Source: Lingula anatina
Taxonomy: Eukaryota; Animalia; Brachiopoda
NCBI GenBank assembly: GCA_051362555.1
Contig: CM120642.1
Coordinates: forward strand, 13,144,001-13,208,000
Direction of reading: 5' to 3'
DNA length: 64,000 bases
Shown: positions 24,732 to 38,200 of the stretch, one piece after another
Numbering within the stretch: position 1 is the first letter of the stretch
Layout of the letters: each line of letters starts with the position of its first letter
The notes under the pieces: generated by a model
What the model was told of the DNA's origin: nothing
Databases searched by the model: none
The model's input: only the letters and a program-made list of their open reading frames with translations
Position numbers and translations under genes: made by a program

Positions 24732-25309
24732 TACCTATATAGGGGAGGCGGCGGCGGCTTCGCATCCGCGGACTCCCCCTTCAAATAATCCTTGATCCGC
24801 CCTTGCGCACAATGTAGATCACTAAAAATGCAAATCCTCTGACAGAAACTCTGGAAAAAGACCGAAGTGATTCAAGCTTAATTGAAAGAAAGAAAATGAA
24901 GTTGAAAAAAGATAGATGTAACGATAGGCCCCTAGGCTTTATGTTCAAGACGCTCCAATAATCGATATTATACAAATTCAACAAGAAGTAATGCTTTTTT
25001 TCTCCAAAGTATTGCATTAGTTGTTAGGCATAAGCTCTATTATTAAAATGATTATAAAACCTCCATTATTATTTATTTTATTATTATTTAAAAATTTTTT
25101 GTAAAAAAAAAACGGAACTGAGAAAAAGGTAGGGCCTAATTTTAAGACTGTACATTTATATAAAAGTAATAAATTGAAAACACGTACTTCAAATATTCAG
25201 CAAGATAAAAAAGTGCAGAAAAAATAATATGATGTGTAGACTATGGATACTTCGTATTACCACTGTAACAAAAAATTAATGCTTGTGATAGTTTGATGTC
25301 TCAAAATTT

Positions 25310-25598
25310 TCTGAGTGACGCATGCGCAGATGGTTAATATCCCTCATTTACTTACCCGATACGAGAACGACAGTGCTCCCAAATTAAAATGTTGGATATT
25401 GATGAAGAATTCTAATAACTCTTCGATATTGCAGCCTATGTTCCATAATTTTCATATCAGCACAAAAATTAGTTTAGTAATTGATCTGAAATAACATAAG
25501 AGCTGTCGGAAATAGTGTCTAGTCGTTATGGAATTGAAATCGAGGCCACCGCCGTTGTTTGAAAAGTGCTCTGTGGCTTGATCGTGATAAATGATTAG
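25310..25598 (+). promoter_or_regulatory. Putative NuMA promoter and non-coding first exon
   Basis: NRF1-like GACGCATGCGCA at ~25317, CHR-like TTTGAA at 25558, CpG-containing, strong donor TAG|GTAAGA after 25598. Confidence 0.5.
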
Positions 25599-26318
25599 GT
25601 AAGAACATACTGAATATCTCGGTTAAACGTTCTTTCAGTTTTTTATATGCATATTACTAAAAGAGATACATTTTCCATGTTTGCTTTGTATTTCTCCAAA
25701 TAAGAGCTTTCATTGTAGAGCAATTTGTGAAAATGTAGAACTGACTCGGTCAAATGTTTACATCTCCGTCTACCGTAGTACCACAGAAGTCGAAAAAGGG
25801 GCTTTTTCTACTTCTCTGGTAGTACCAAGTACCAATATTAGGTTAACGCCAGACCTTAGTGATATACTTTCTTAGCAGTTGTTGAATTTAAGGAATGTGA
25901 TAAAAATGAGTGCTAGTAGTTTGGAAAATATAGAAACCCCTTCTATTGATTATTAAAGGAAAAGTGAAATTGTTAAATGGTAAAATGAATACTGGCTTCA
26001 CACTTGGGTCAGTTTCATGGCCTGTTTGGGAGGCTTTTAATCTGGCATGGTGAATACTAACCAAATGCTACACATTTTGTAAGTTAAACTAAGAAAATAT
26101 TAACTGTTTTTAGTTACATTTATCATTGATTTGACTGAGAGAAATTAAATCCTGAGTGATCTGATTCTAAAAAGAGTAACATCTCCAAAGAACATCAGTA
26201 AAGAACTATTGAGGTCACAGGCTCCATTCCAAGGAGCCTCTGAGGGCAAACATTATAGAATATTCTAACATTTCTACTTTTTAGTTGATTCCAGTTGGAT
26301 GATTCAACAAGAAAGAGT

Positions 26319-26354
26319 ATGGATTCAGGCAGAGCAGGTGCTCTGGTGGAGTGG
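26319..26354 (+). CDS. NUMA1: NuMA coding exon 1 (MDSGRAGALVEW)
   Basis: ATG downstream of a tttttag acceptor; TGG|gtgggt donor; joins to VNS as in NuMA ALLSWVNS. Confidence 0.8.
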
Positions 26355-29300
26355 GTGGGTATTCTTTTTTCAACAAGAGAAAAAGCATATGTGTTCAACC
26401 ATAATAAAACAGACTTAGTGAGCCTTGTTTAAGAATTACAGTAATACATAAAGCTAGACATATTTCTGTGCAAATAATAAGATCTCCACAAGGTAGCTGT
26501 TACCAAACTTTATTTTTATTACTTGTACATTTTATTTGAAGGTAAACTCCATAGATGGCGCTCCATGCATAGAATCACTCAGTCAGCTGAATGATGGAAC
26601 TTTGTTTATCAAATTGTTGGAAATAATGTGAGTGGTATACAAGATGTTATAAGGTTATATTTTTCTAGAAGCACTTGCAATTTTTATTTTTCTGTGAATA
26701 AATAAATTATATATTTAGATAAATAGTTCCTAACGGCCAGTCTAAGCTATAAAAGTTGTAAGCACACGTTGTTGAAATGCTTCTTGTATTTTTGATTTAT
26801 TATGAAACTTTGTACATAGTAACCTGCCTAGGATATATTCTTTATTGAAGCTTCATCATTGCTATTGTAAGGGTATTTGCTAGATGTGGGTGGTTTCATG
26901 ATCACTTGCACAGTCTGTGAATATGTTTTTATTTTTGTCTCAGAGTTCCTGACACCATACCAGCAGGGCTTGAGTTGAATTCTGTTGAAGAAAGACTTGA
27001 GTTTCTGAACAAAATCATCTCAGATGTCAACAATACCAAAGTAGAGGAGAAGGTGAACTTCAGGGCAATTATTGACCAGGCAGATGAGTTTGAAATTGGC
27101 AAAGTAAGTATGTGTATTAAGTATAGCCTGGTGTCTCAATAGGAATGTAAAAAATTGCAGGATTTAAATTCCTGATACTTTTTTGCATTGGCTATCATTC
27201 ATGTACAGCTGTCATTTATCAGATAAATTTCCCACCCCACTTTGATTTTTATTTTTTGCCACCTTGCATATTTGTTTAACCAAAGCTATTTTTTCTTTCC
27301 TTGTTTTAGCTTTGTTCATTAAGGGTGGCACAGATGCGATCATAGAAATTTGAAAGGCAGTTGCCTTATTTTTGTTTATTATGAAACTCAGAATTACCCC
27401 AGGAATAAAAGTATCACCTTTTGTACTAAAAAAATTCATAAGAAATTTAGTATGTTATCTCCTGGAGTCTTTAAACCCTCCTCGTTCCTTAAAAAAAGGG
27501 GGGGGGGGGGGGGGGGGGGGGGCAGGGAGTAAATGTCACAATTAAGTTGTCCTGTGCTTGTAGGTTGTGATGCTACTACTGTACATAGCCATGGTATTTG
27601 GCAACAACCAAGCCAGCTTCATCCAGTCTGCCATGAAGCTGAACACCACCACCCAGGCCGCACTTAAGGACATGTTGGAGGTTTTCATGGAGTCCTCAGA
27701 CCACAAAATACCACCTAACTTTGCTGATATATTAAAGTGCAGTGTAACCTTGCCAGGTATTGTATCTGTTAACTGAAATATTTTCCTTTGCTGTTTGCTG
27801 TGTGATATAAGACAGTTAGAGCCATCCTTGCTTAAATATGAAATAGACACCTGCTGTCACCAGATGAAAACAAAAGATACTGCAGTCTGATATTGAACTT
27901 TATATTTTGCACCGAACCATCATGGTGAATTGGTTGTGATGGGGGGGGGGGGGGGGGGGGTGTGCGCAGTTCTAGCTAACAGGTTGTCATTACAAGTATT
28001 GTTTGCACTCGGACTCTGTTTTAGAGTCACAGGTAAGTATGGAAAACTACACTGTGATGACAATCATAAGCAGACAATCAATACGTTTCTGATGGCAATC
28101 TCTAGCTTATTGGTGACATTAGGTAGATTATTTCTGGCTACATTTTGTGAAAGGCTAGTTTTGATAAGGACCTGAGTTAATTCCTCAGAAATGTTTGGAA
28201 TCATAAAGGAAGGATGTGACATTGGTCCTTATTATGCCTTTTGACTTGCCTTCAATGTGTGCAAAAAAAAGCTGGTTTGATTGATGCCAAGATTTCTAAA
28301 TTGATTTAATTATTTACTTTTTTTTTTACTGTGTTATAGATTAAGTATTGAGTGATTTTGGTGTTAGTGGTGTTTAAAGTTTGTAGCTTTTCCTTCTTGA
28401 TTTAGATACAGAAAATGTGTGATCTATCAAAACTTTGCATCATATGTTCACCCCGTACTCAGTCTTGTTTATTGAATAAAAGCTCTGAAAAAAAACATGC
28501 TTTAAAAAGTAAGCATAATATCCATTGTTATGTTTTAAGAGTGAACAGATATCTTTATCACTGTGCTGCAAAGTTTTGAATTTAATTTTCATAAGTGCTG
28601 GTCCATACAGAATGTGAAGGGTTGGAATAAGTTTTTAAATAGGTTTTCTCAACTTACATATTTACTTGGTATCTTTGAGAAGAAAAAGACTTTGAAATGC
28701 AAACCAGAGGTCTATTGCCCTTCACATTCTCTTTTCACAATTTTCAAAAGGACCAGCTCTTGAATTGACTATCATTTTCACCGTTTCAACTTGCTTTCAA
28801 AAGCACCTAGCAGACGCGTCTCGTCTCGTCTGGATGACGTGTTTGTGTCCGCGCCTGTATCATCTCTCTCGAGGGGGAAGGGACGGGAACTGCGAAGGTC
28901 CTCCTCCTGTTGTAGTCTGCTTAGCTCTCGAGGTTTGCTGTGTTCTTGTGTTGCTACTTGTAAATGTTTGATTCATTTCCACTGTTACAGTTTATTCATT
29001 TGTTCTGAGGTGTAAATTTTTCTTCCTTTTATTTTTATTTGAAAGAGTGAATTTATGAAAATTTTACTGTTGATTATAGATTACTGATGATTTATATTGC
29101 AATAATGCAAATAATTTATGTTACAAAGCTTAGTAACACTACAATTAAATATATTACGATAATTATGAATTTAGTTTCATAAAGTAATGTATCTAACATT
29201 AATATCTTAAATAAAATCATCAATTTTGAAACAAGTCACATTATTGGAAGAAGTCTCTTTGTCATAAACATATTTGAAATTGCACCTTCCAAAATCTAGA

Positions 29301-32120
29301 GAACCCTCACATAATCAGTTTTCTTATCCACAAGACTGTATTTTGCTGTTGTAATTTTTTCTGTTTTTTCCCCCACCCCTTTATCCAGCCAGCATCAACT
29401 CTTCCATGGTGGTGTCCCCTAGCCCTCTGGCCAGGGCCATCAGCATGACATCGCTGAAGGGGGGGTATTCTCCATACTTGAGCCATGTGTACTCCAGTTC
29501 TCCACAGTCCCCTCTCAAGGCTCTGGTGGACTCGCCCCAACTGGCACACAAGGTAAGAACAGGCATGATTGGTGTATTGATGTTGTTCCTAGGTTATCTG
29601 ATCACACACCCACAGGTACACTTACTGTGTTCTTTATTTTACTTCTATAACAGTTTTTGTAGTGAAACAATACAACTGTCTATTTTGATCATGGTTCACA
29701 AATCACCTAAGGGGAGCCTCACATCAAGACTGACAACTTTAGTCAGTACTCATCTGTTATGAAGTGTGTTTGCAAGTATTTTTTATGAGTGAGAAAGTGG
29801 ATGCATTTCTTTTTGTCAATCATTATTCACATAAGAGTTTGTTTTATCATTTCTAATCACATGCCAAAACATTCATTTTTAATGTGCTTCTGTGACAATC
29901 TTGTTGTAGATGGCTGCTATTGATAGGGAGAAGCTGAAAAAGCAGGAGGTGATGACCCTGTGATAGCTTGCTGGTCTTTTTGCTCCCTTATCCTCTTTGT
30001 CGCATTAAAAACACATTCATGCACGCACATGCACCCACACTAATTTTACTGCATGAGGTGACCTGTTGTGAAAAACAAGCCAACAAAACATAAAAGATAC
30101 CTTTGCTTCTGGTGCAGGTTTTTGGGTGATGCAATAGCTTTGTTTGCAAGAAGGAAACTGGATGTCATACCCTTGTTTTATCTTTGAGTCAAAATGTCCT
30201 GCCTCACACCTAAGTTTCCTCAGTAATGTGCTTCTTATCCCTAATTGTATACATGTTGGTGATGGTGAAACACAGGAAATATTTTCTTTTGTGGTAGTGG
30301 TGGTGGTATCTAATGAGGCTTTCTTGAGAATTAGAGACCTCTTTGCTTATGCATGCTTATATGGATATTTTCCTCATGTTTCTGGACTCCTTGTAGGATG
30401 AATTCTGAATGCTGATTTATCTTAAAGATGAATCCAAAATTGTTTTGCTTATAAGCATGGGTTTTACTGCATTATAATTTCTTGGTAAACTTGACCCACG
30501 TTACATAGTATGAAATAATGTACTGTAAGTGTGATTTTTTAAACGGTATGAATTAAAATTCTGTATTTCACATAGTTTTAAGCAATTTTTTCACAGTGGT
30601 ATGAATGTATATTTTGCCAAGCGAAAAAGAAATTATTATAGATGGGTGAATGTACATATAAATTAGTTTTAATTTAGTTTTTAACTTATTATCTTATTGA
30701 TGTTATTTTTATAAGAACAGCCTCATGTTAGATAAGGAAATTTGCTATTTACAGCACATATACTGAAATGCTCTTGTTTTCAAAAGATAAACATTTTTTC
30801 TTCAAATGCAGAGACTTCTTAGACAAAAAGAACAGGAAATTAAGCGATTGGAAAGCCTCTTGAACTCAGAAATTCATTTGAAGTCTGAACTGCAGAGGGA
30901 TTTACAAGAGAAGAACAAAGAAATTGTGCTGTTTGGTGAGTTTTTTTAGCAATGAATTTATGATATTTTGTTTAATTTATTACTTATTTTGTAGACAATT
31001 TATGACGAGGCACAAAATGCTTGATAGAGTGATGGGGAGTTAATATTGTAAACTTTTGGTCCAGTTATTTCTTAATCTGTGGCTATTTCTTTCACTCATA
31101 ATTCTTTCTGTGAATTCTAGAGGCAAAATGTAAAGAAGTGGCCAGACTACAACATCAGCTTGTCTTGGCGCAGGATGACTTGGATCACATGAATGCACTG
31201 AGGGAAGAGGCAAAAAAGACTGAGAACGAATTTGCACGGTGAGAGTTTTGATATGTTGATCAGACATTGACTACTGATTTATGAGTTGACTTGAAGTTGT
31301 GTTTTTCAATTGGAAAAACAAACTGTTACTGACATTTTCTAATCCTTTGCCTTCTTTTTGGTCTTCTAAGTTAAATATTTTGATAAGAAGCAAAAAGTAA
31401 AAAAACAAGCTTTCACGCTAAAAAGTGTGGGATGATTCAAATGAAAAGTATTTCTCCCCAATTTTTGAGTGGATTCATGGCACTAAACTGGACTTTCTGT
31501 GTTAATTTCATTTTATCCTAACAGGTTGAAAATGCAGCTAAGTGCCCAGAATGACCTGAAAGAGAGAAACAAGAAGCTGGAAGCAGAGACAACAGAGCTG
31601 TATGCAGAGCGGGCTTCTTTGAATGAGGAGGTGGGTAGGGGAGAGTCAAGTTTAAGGGTCACATTAATGAATTTTAGTATCAGTCAAATATCCACTGTGA
31701 CTCTAATGCATCACTAATAAGAGGACAAATGAAAACTTTTTTTAGATTGCAAAATTTTAAGGCAGCTCTGCAAAATCTGTTACAAAAAATGAAATAAAGT
31801 TCAATTGTCATCGCAGCTCAAGCGATGTCAGAGCCTCCTTACCACCACGCAAAACCAAAAAGAGGCTCTGCTGAAGACCGAGGCCCAGATGGGGGGCACC
31901 CTTGAGGCCCAGAAGCAGGAGTTGCTCTCCTACCAGCGCCTCTACAATGACACAAAGGTTCAGTTGACGGAGGTCCAGGGGCTCTACCAGGAGGCCACGC
32001 TGGAGCTGAAGGTGGCCAGGGAAAACATGCAGAATGGTATGATCGTGCACTTCTTGATGATTTTGGTGCACTGTTCGAGTAATTTATTTATAGATTGATA
32101 AGGGTCTTTAAGAAAAATGT

Positions 32121-32200
<80 letters not shown>

Positions 32201-35200
32201 TATTGCAGGGGGAAGGGTGAGGATTTGTCACATAAGGGAATTAATGACAAAATCTATCCCCAATGACATGTATACCAACTATATGATTCTGTACAAACCA
32301 TTTCCTGGAAAATTCGAGATAATTAGGGTATATAAGTATTTTTAAAACAGTGAATATGAAATCTTTTATTTGGTGTCTATACGAAGTTTTGTTCCTTTTT
32401 CCTTTTCAGCACAAACATTTTCTGAGGGTGAATGCATGACCATATTCACAGAGAAGAGAGTCATGGAGTTACAGGAGGAACTGGCCAGCTGGAAATCACA
32501 GGTTGCTGGACTGAGGACAGAAGTAGAGGCTAAAGAGCAACAGCTGAAAGAGGCAGAAATTGAAGTGGGCAGAAAGCAGTCAGACATTGAGCTCCTAAGG
32601 CAGGAGGAAGGTCAGCGCCAGCAGGAAATTGCCAGTCTGTACCAGAGCTTGAATACGTTGAAAGCCAGTCAGGCCAAGGGCGAGGCAGAAATCAGGAAAC
32701 TGCAGCATGGGCTAGAGTTGAAGACACAACAGGCGGAGGATACAGAACTGCGTGCCAGCCAACACGTCCGCGAGATGGGAGAGAGGTGTGCTGCGGAGAT
32801 ACTGGAGGCCAAACAAAGTCACGAGCAGAAAGTGGGTCAGTTGCAGAAGGAGATTGAATCCCTGAAGTCTGAGTGCTCCAAAGCAAATGGCCAGATCAGG
32901 CAATTGGAGGGAAAGCTTCAGATTAATGAAAAGCAGATGACATACACTGAGGAACAGGCGAGCCACAGAGTTACGGAGATTGAGGAGAAATACGTGTCTC
33001 AGTTGAAAGAGGAGCAGGAGAGTTACCAGCGTAGAATGTCACAGCTGTACCAGGACATCGAGGCTCTGAAAACTAAACTGACCAAGGCGGAAAATGACAA
33101 CAGTCAGCTAAAGGAGACCTTGGGTGCCAAAACTGAGGAAATGGAAACAGCTGAAAAGCTTTCTTCTGAGAGGTTGGCTAAACTGGAAAAAGACTACAGC
33201 GGCAAGTGTCAGCAGCTGGATGCTGAACAGCAAGCGGCAAGTGAGATACTTGCTGAACTGAGAGAGAAATACAGTGCCAAATGCCAAGAGATGGAGGAAG
33301 CTGATACACAGGCCTCTGAGAAGTTGTCTGCTATGGAAAAGCAGTGCAGTAAGAAGTGTCAGGAACTTGAGATAGAACTGAAGCAGGCCATGGAGAAAAG
33401 GGGTGAGATTGAGAAGCAACACAAATCCGAGTTAGCTGCAGAGAGGCTGGCACACCAGAAGACCGTCGCACAGCTGGAATCACATCTTGAGTCTCAGAAG
33501 ACATCTTGCTTCTCTTTGGATGAGACAGTTGCCCAGTTGAAAGAAGAGCTGGTGAGATCACGCCAGCTGGTTGTAGAGAACAGTGAGAAGTACGAAGCGC
33601 AGCTTAGTCAAGAGAGGGAAGAGCACTCTGCACAAGTGTCAGAACTGAGGCAGCTGATTGAAGAGGCCAACTCCAACCACGATCAGGCTAAAGCACGAGT
33701 GACCCTCTTGCAAAGTGAATTAGAAAAGAAAGTGCAGGAAATGGAAGCTGCTGAACACTGCTACAAAGAAAAAGTGGATATTCTTAAGAAAGAACGTGAT
33801 GAACAGATTCAGAATCAGAATGACATCCACATGAAGGAAATGGAGACAGTTAAAAAAGAAATGGAGACTTTGAAGGAACGGTCTGAGGCTGCAGTGTTGA
33901 AAGTACAGGGGTTGTTGGACAGTAAAACACAGGAGTTGGAAAATGTCCAGAAACAAGCTCTCGTGAAACAGCAACAAATGGACTCAGAGATGGAGAATGT
34001 GAAACAGCAGTTGGAGAGTGAGATTGCCCAGCTCAAAGAACAACTGGAGATTGGGTCCCAGAACATGAGTGATCTAAAACAGCAAGATGATCTAAAACTG
34101 CAGAAGTTAGAAGCAGAATTGGACGCTTTGAAGCAGGAATCAGAAAGGGAGACTGCAAGGTTGGGGAATTTACTGACCAGCAAAACTCAAGAAATGGAAA
34201 AACTCAGACAAGAGTTAGAGTCTCAAGTTCAGAGGTTGAAACAAGAACTCTGTGACTTGGAGGAAAAGCATGCTGACAGAATGAGATTGGAAAATGAAAA
34301 CTACCAGCAAGCAAGCAGACAACTTGAAGAAGTGGAGACCATGAAGACCTTGGCAGAGGCAAAAATCTCTCAGTTACAGAGTGATCTGGACAATAAAACT
34401 CAACTACTTCGTGAGACAAAGACTGAATTGGGTGCCAAGATGGCTGAGATGGAAGGCAGCTATCTTACTCAGATTAGTAGTCTGCAAGCCAGTCATGAGG
34501 AGAGCAGGGCACAGCTCAGTGCAGAACTGACTGCTGCCAGAGAAACCATCTCAAGTTCAAAGCTGCAAATCACTCAGCTTCAAAATGCTTTGGACTCTAA
34601 GACCCAGCTCATGAAAGAGATGGAGAACAAGTCCAGCGAAAGGGTGGCATACACGGAGGAGAAATACATCGCCCAGCTATCCAGGCTGGAGACTGACTTT
34701 GAAAAGCTCAAAGATCGCTACGATCAGTCCCTGGAGCAGATTAAAACCCAGCAGGCCAGTTTAGAGGCCAGAGGACAGCTGGTGAAGGAGACGGAACTGC
34801 GGGCCAATCAGAGGCTGTGTGACATGGAGCAGGAATATGAGGACCTCTTGAAGAAGGAGAAGGAACGTCAGCAACAGAGAGTCCAGGAACTAGAACATGA
34901 GATTGAGATGCTCAAAGCAGACTATGCTAAAGCACAGGTGAATTTTCTGATTTATTATCATTATCATATTTTTCATTTTTCTAATATGTTGTCAGTTGAA
35001 CATTGAAGGCCTACATTGCAGTGGAAATGTAGTATCTTTTCACAAAAAAAAATAATTTGCTTTTATCTGTATATATTTGGTTTGTTTATGTAAAGCATGG
35101 TGTTGCAAATATTGTTACCTTTTGGTGCTGTATATTCAAGCTTGTGTTCTTCATTCAAACAGGTGCCAGTGTGACAGCAATGAAAACTGTTTTATATTGA

Positions 35201-38200
35201 AGATTAAATTTCTGATTTTGCTTTTGTTCAATTTTTGCCTTTAAACTTTTCTTTTTGTAGGATGAATTCCTAAATGAGGCGGATTCCAAAGTGATGAAGA
35301 CATTCTACGCTGGTAACTCTCCTGCTCCTCTTTCAAAATTTCTGATTTTGCTTTTGTTCAATTTTTGCCTTTAAACTTTTCTTTTTGTAGGATGAATTTC
35401 TAAATGAGGCGGATTCCAAAGTGATGAAGTATGAAGAGGAAATAGAGACTGCCAAGAAACAGGTATATTTTCATGTAAACTCTGAAGTAGTCACTTTTAA
35501 TAAATTAAACTAGCAGCATATTTGTGCTCAAACACCAGTGAACAAGTGTCACAATCTTCGTCTCGGACAAAATGCACATTTTAGTTTGTAGATTCTTTCA
35601 TCTATTTTTTAAATAGATATTTGAAATAATTGTCTTCATACACAGATTTAAACACTTATTGTTTCAGGTGCAGTTTATGGAGAATGAGATTTCACTGGCC
35701 CAGGCAAAGTGTAAAAATATGGAGAAAGAAAATATGGTGAGCACGTGAATCTTTGGATTTCATTATAATTTACAAATCAAATCAACACAAGTATTTACCA
35801 ATTAATGACTATCCGATGTCTGCCACAGTTTCTCATAACTCAGACTTGTCAGGACAAGTTTTTTCATAACATCTTTTCCTGAAGTGATTTGCCTTTAAGT
35901 CACGGATATTCTAGCATACAGAATTGATTAAAAAAGTCTAGAGAGTTAATTTTTAAAAAAATAACACTCCAGAATCTCATGGAAAAAATGCGCAAGACAG
36001 CAGCAGACCACCAGAGGCAGCTATCACAGGCCTCGGCCATGAACAAGTCCCTGAGATCACAGTTGGAAGACCTGGAAAGAGAGAGGTCTGGAGCAGCAGA
36101 ACGACTGAGCAGTGAGGTAGGGAACAGAATATGCACCAATACTGTGTTTGAGATGTGTACCCTACTACTATGGTCTTAATTATTTTATTTCAGTTATAGT
36201 CTTGTAGTTTTGGAAAATTATGTTAGCATCAGGGCTTTTCCCAGAGAACCATCTAGCCATTTCCTAAGACAGCTGGATGGCTTAAAATTTTGGGGTTGGT
36301 TGTTTGGGCTTGCTATGGTTGGACCCCCTGTAAATTAATGACCAAATTACAGATTCACTTTTTGGACTCCATGTCCCCCTAATCCTTGGGGGAAACCCCA
36401 GGTAAGCATTCATATTATATCGAGTCCACTTTCATCACTGTATGATGCGTGCTAATAATTGGAATTTATGAAAAGCATGAGGCAGGGATACAATTTTTCA
36501 GCTATCAGCAGATTTCTGACTTTTTGGTAGCCAAATATATATAGTTGTTCTAGTCATGCCTTTGGACCCCACGCCTTTTTTTCTGACTTTTTGCACTAAA
36601 TGGTAGTCTCATCCCTGGTAAGGTCAAAGTTATTTTATTTCTAGCAACAAGGGCACCGTGCTGAGGTAGAAAAGCTGAAGAAGCAGCTGACTTCAACTCA
36701 GAGGGAGAGAGAGGAGGAAGGAGTAATAAACAAAAGACTTGGTAAGTTTTTAGAGACAGTTTAATATTAACAATTTTCTTTTGTCCATACCACTTAAGAT
36801 CTTATTCAATATTTATATGTTTTGATGATAATATACACAATTCAAATGATATACTAATCAAACATTGTTAGTCCTCTCTTGAAGAATGGTTTTAAGGGAA
36901 AGGTACCAGTATTTCTTCTCAGGATTTATCCCAGGAATTTGAGTCAGACTTCTTTTGAGAGGTGCACATGAATTTTGCTGTGAGTTTCAAGATGCAAATG
37001 GCACTTTCTTTGCTCCCACTGCGCCTCCCAACACCACTCATCATAATTGTGCGCCTTATTTTCTTTTATTAATTATTTTTTAGCTGCATAGATCAACTAT
37101 GTCAACTTCTTCCCATTCCCCTATTTTTTGTCTACCGGAAATTCATAGTGTTTCCACATTCTTTCCAGCCAAGCAGATAAACTCTCTGGAAGCCCAGATA
37201 GAGCATGCCAACAGGCAAATCAGAGAACTAAAAGAAAAAGAGGAGAAAAGAGTGTTTGCCACTCCCAGATACACTCCTCATTTCCCTGCTGCAGCCAAAA
37301 GTCTATCTAAAAAAGAAACAACATTTGATGGCAGTATGGGTGAGGCATTTCACTTGTATTTTTAAAATAGAAATTTGTCCTTTTTAGCACATGTTGTATT
37401 TTATGTATATGAATTTTTTAGTCTTAAAAGATTTCAGATTGTCTGATTTTTCTTTGAATGTGACTAAGAGGCAAATTAGAAATCTTCATGATTTTCCTGT
37501 GGCAGAATATACATACAAGATGACTGAAATTTAAGAATGTTTGTAAAGTTAGTACATTTGGTAAAAATGTTTCCTATTGTAAACTTCTTGGAACATGTTA
37601 GCAATTTTACACTATTGTATTGTCTTCCTGATTCCACTTTTATCTGTTCAGAATATCTTGATGACTCTCTGGAGGAGAAGAAGCCAATGTCAGTGAATGA
37701 GCTGAGGAGTACGTCAAGTGACGAGGACATCAGAAATAGGTATTTTCTTTTCAATGTCAAAATTATGGAAGCATCAATATTTTTTGTCATGGTAAAAAAT
37801 TTATCTTGACTTTGGTGTAAGGACAGCATTTTTAGTATTTAGTTGTCTGTGCTAAAGGAAAAAGTAAAAATCATTGTTTTCTTGCTACTAGGACAAACAG
37901 TAAAATGTGTAATTGCTTTACCATTTTTTCTTGAGCAAAAAAAAAAAAAAAAAAGCAGTGTTTTCATACTTCACAGAGGTCTCCATTTTCATTTTCTCAC
38001 CAGTATCCTTTCACCACTTTTAAGAATTCAATGTTGAAATATTCCTGGAAACCACCCTAAAATTTATTTTCATTTTTGCAATTAAAAGAGTTTTAATGTT
38101 GATTTACTTTCTTCCAGTGCTCATGATGCCAGTTTTACCTCAGTGGGGGATGGGTTTGCACACCCTATGACTCTGAGGAGTCACCATCCCGCCAAGAGAC

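Noticed and set aside
31746-31800. Alternative acceptor tttag|ATTGCA for a NuMA exon
   Set aside because: In-frame TAA after 4 codons; the acceptor at 31817 fits.
32692-34419. Antisense ORFs over the NuMA giant exon
   Set aside because: Shadows of coiled-coil codon bias.
32370-35006. Calling the 878-aa ORF a stand-alone golgin/myosin-like gene
   Set aside because: It is flanked by phase-compatible splice sites linking it to NuMA-specific N- and C-terminal motifs.
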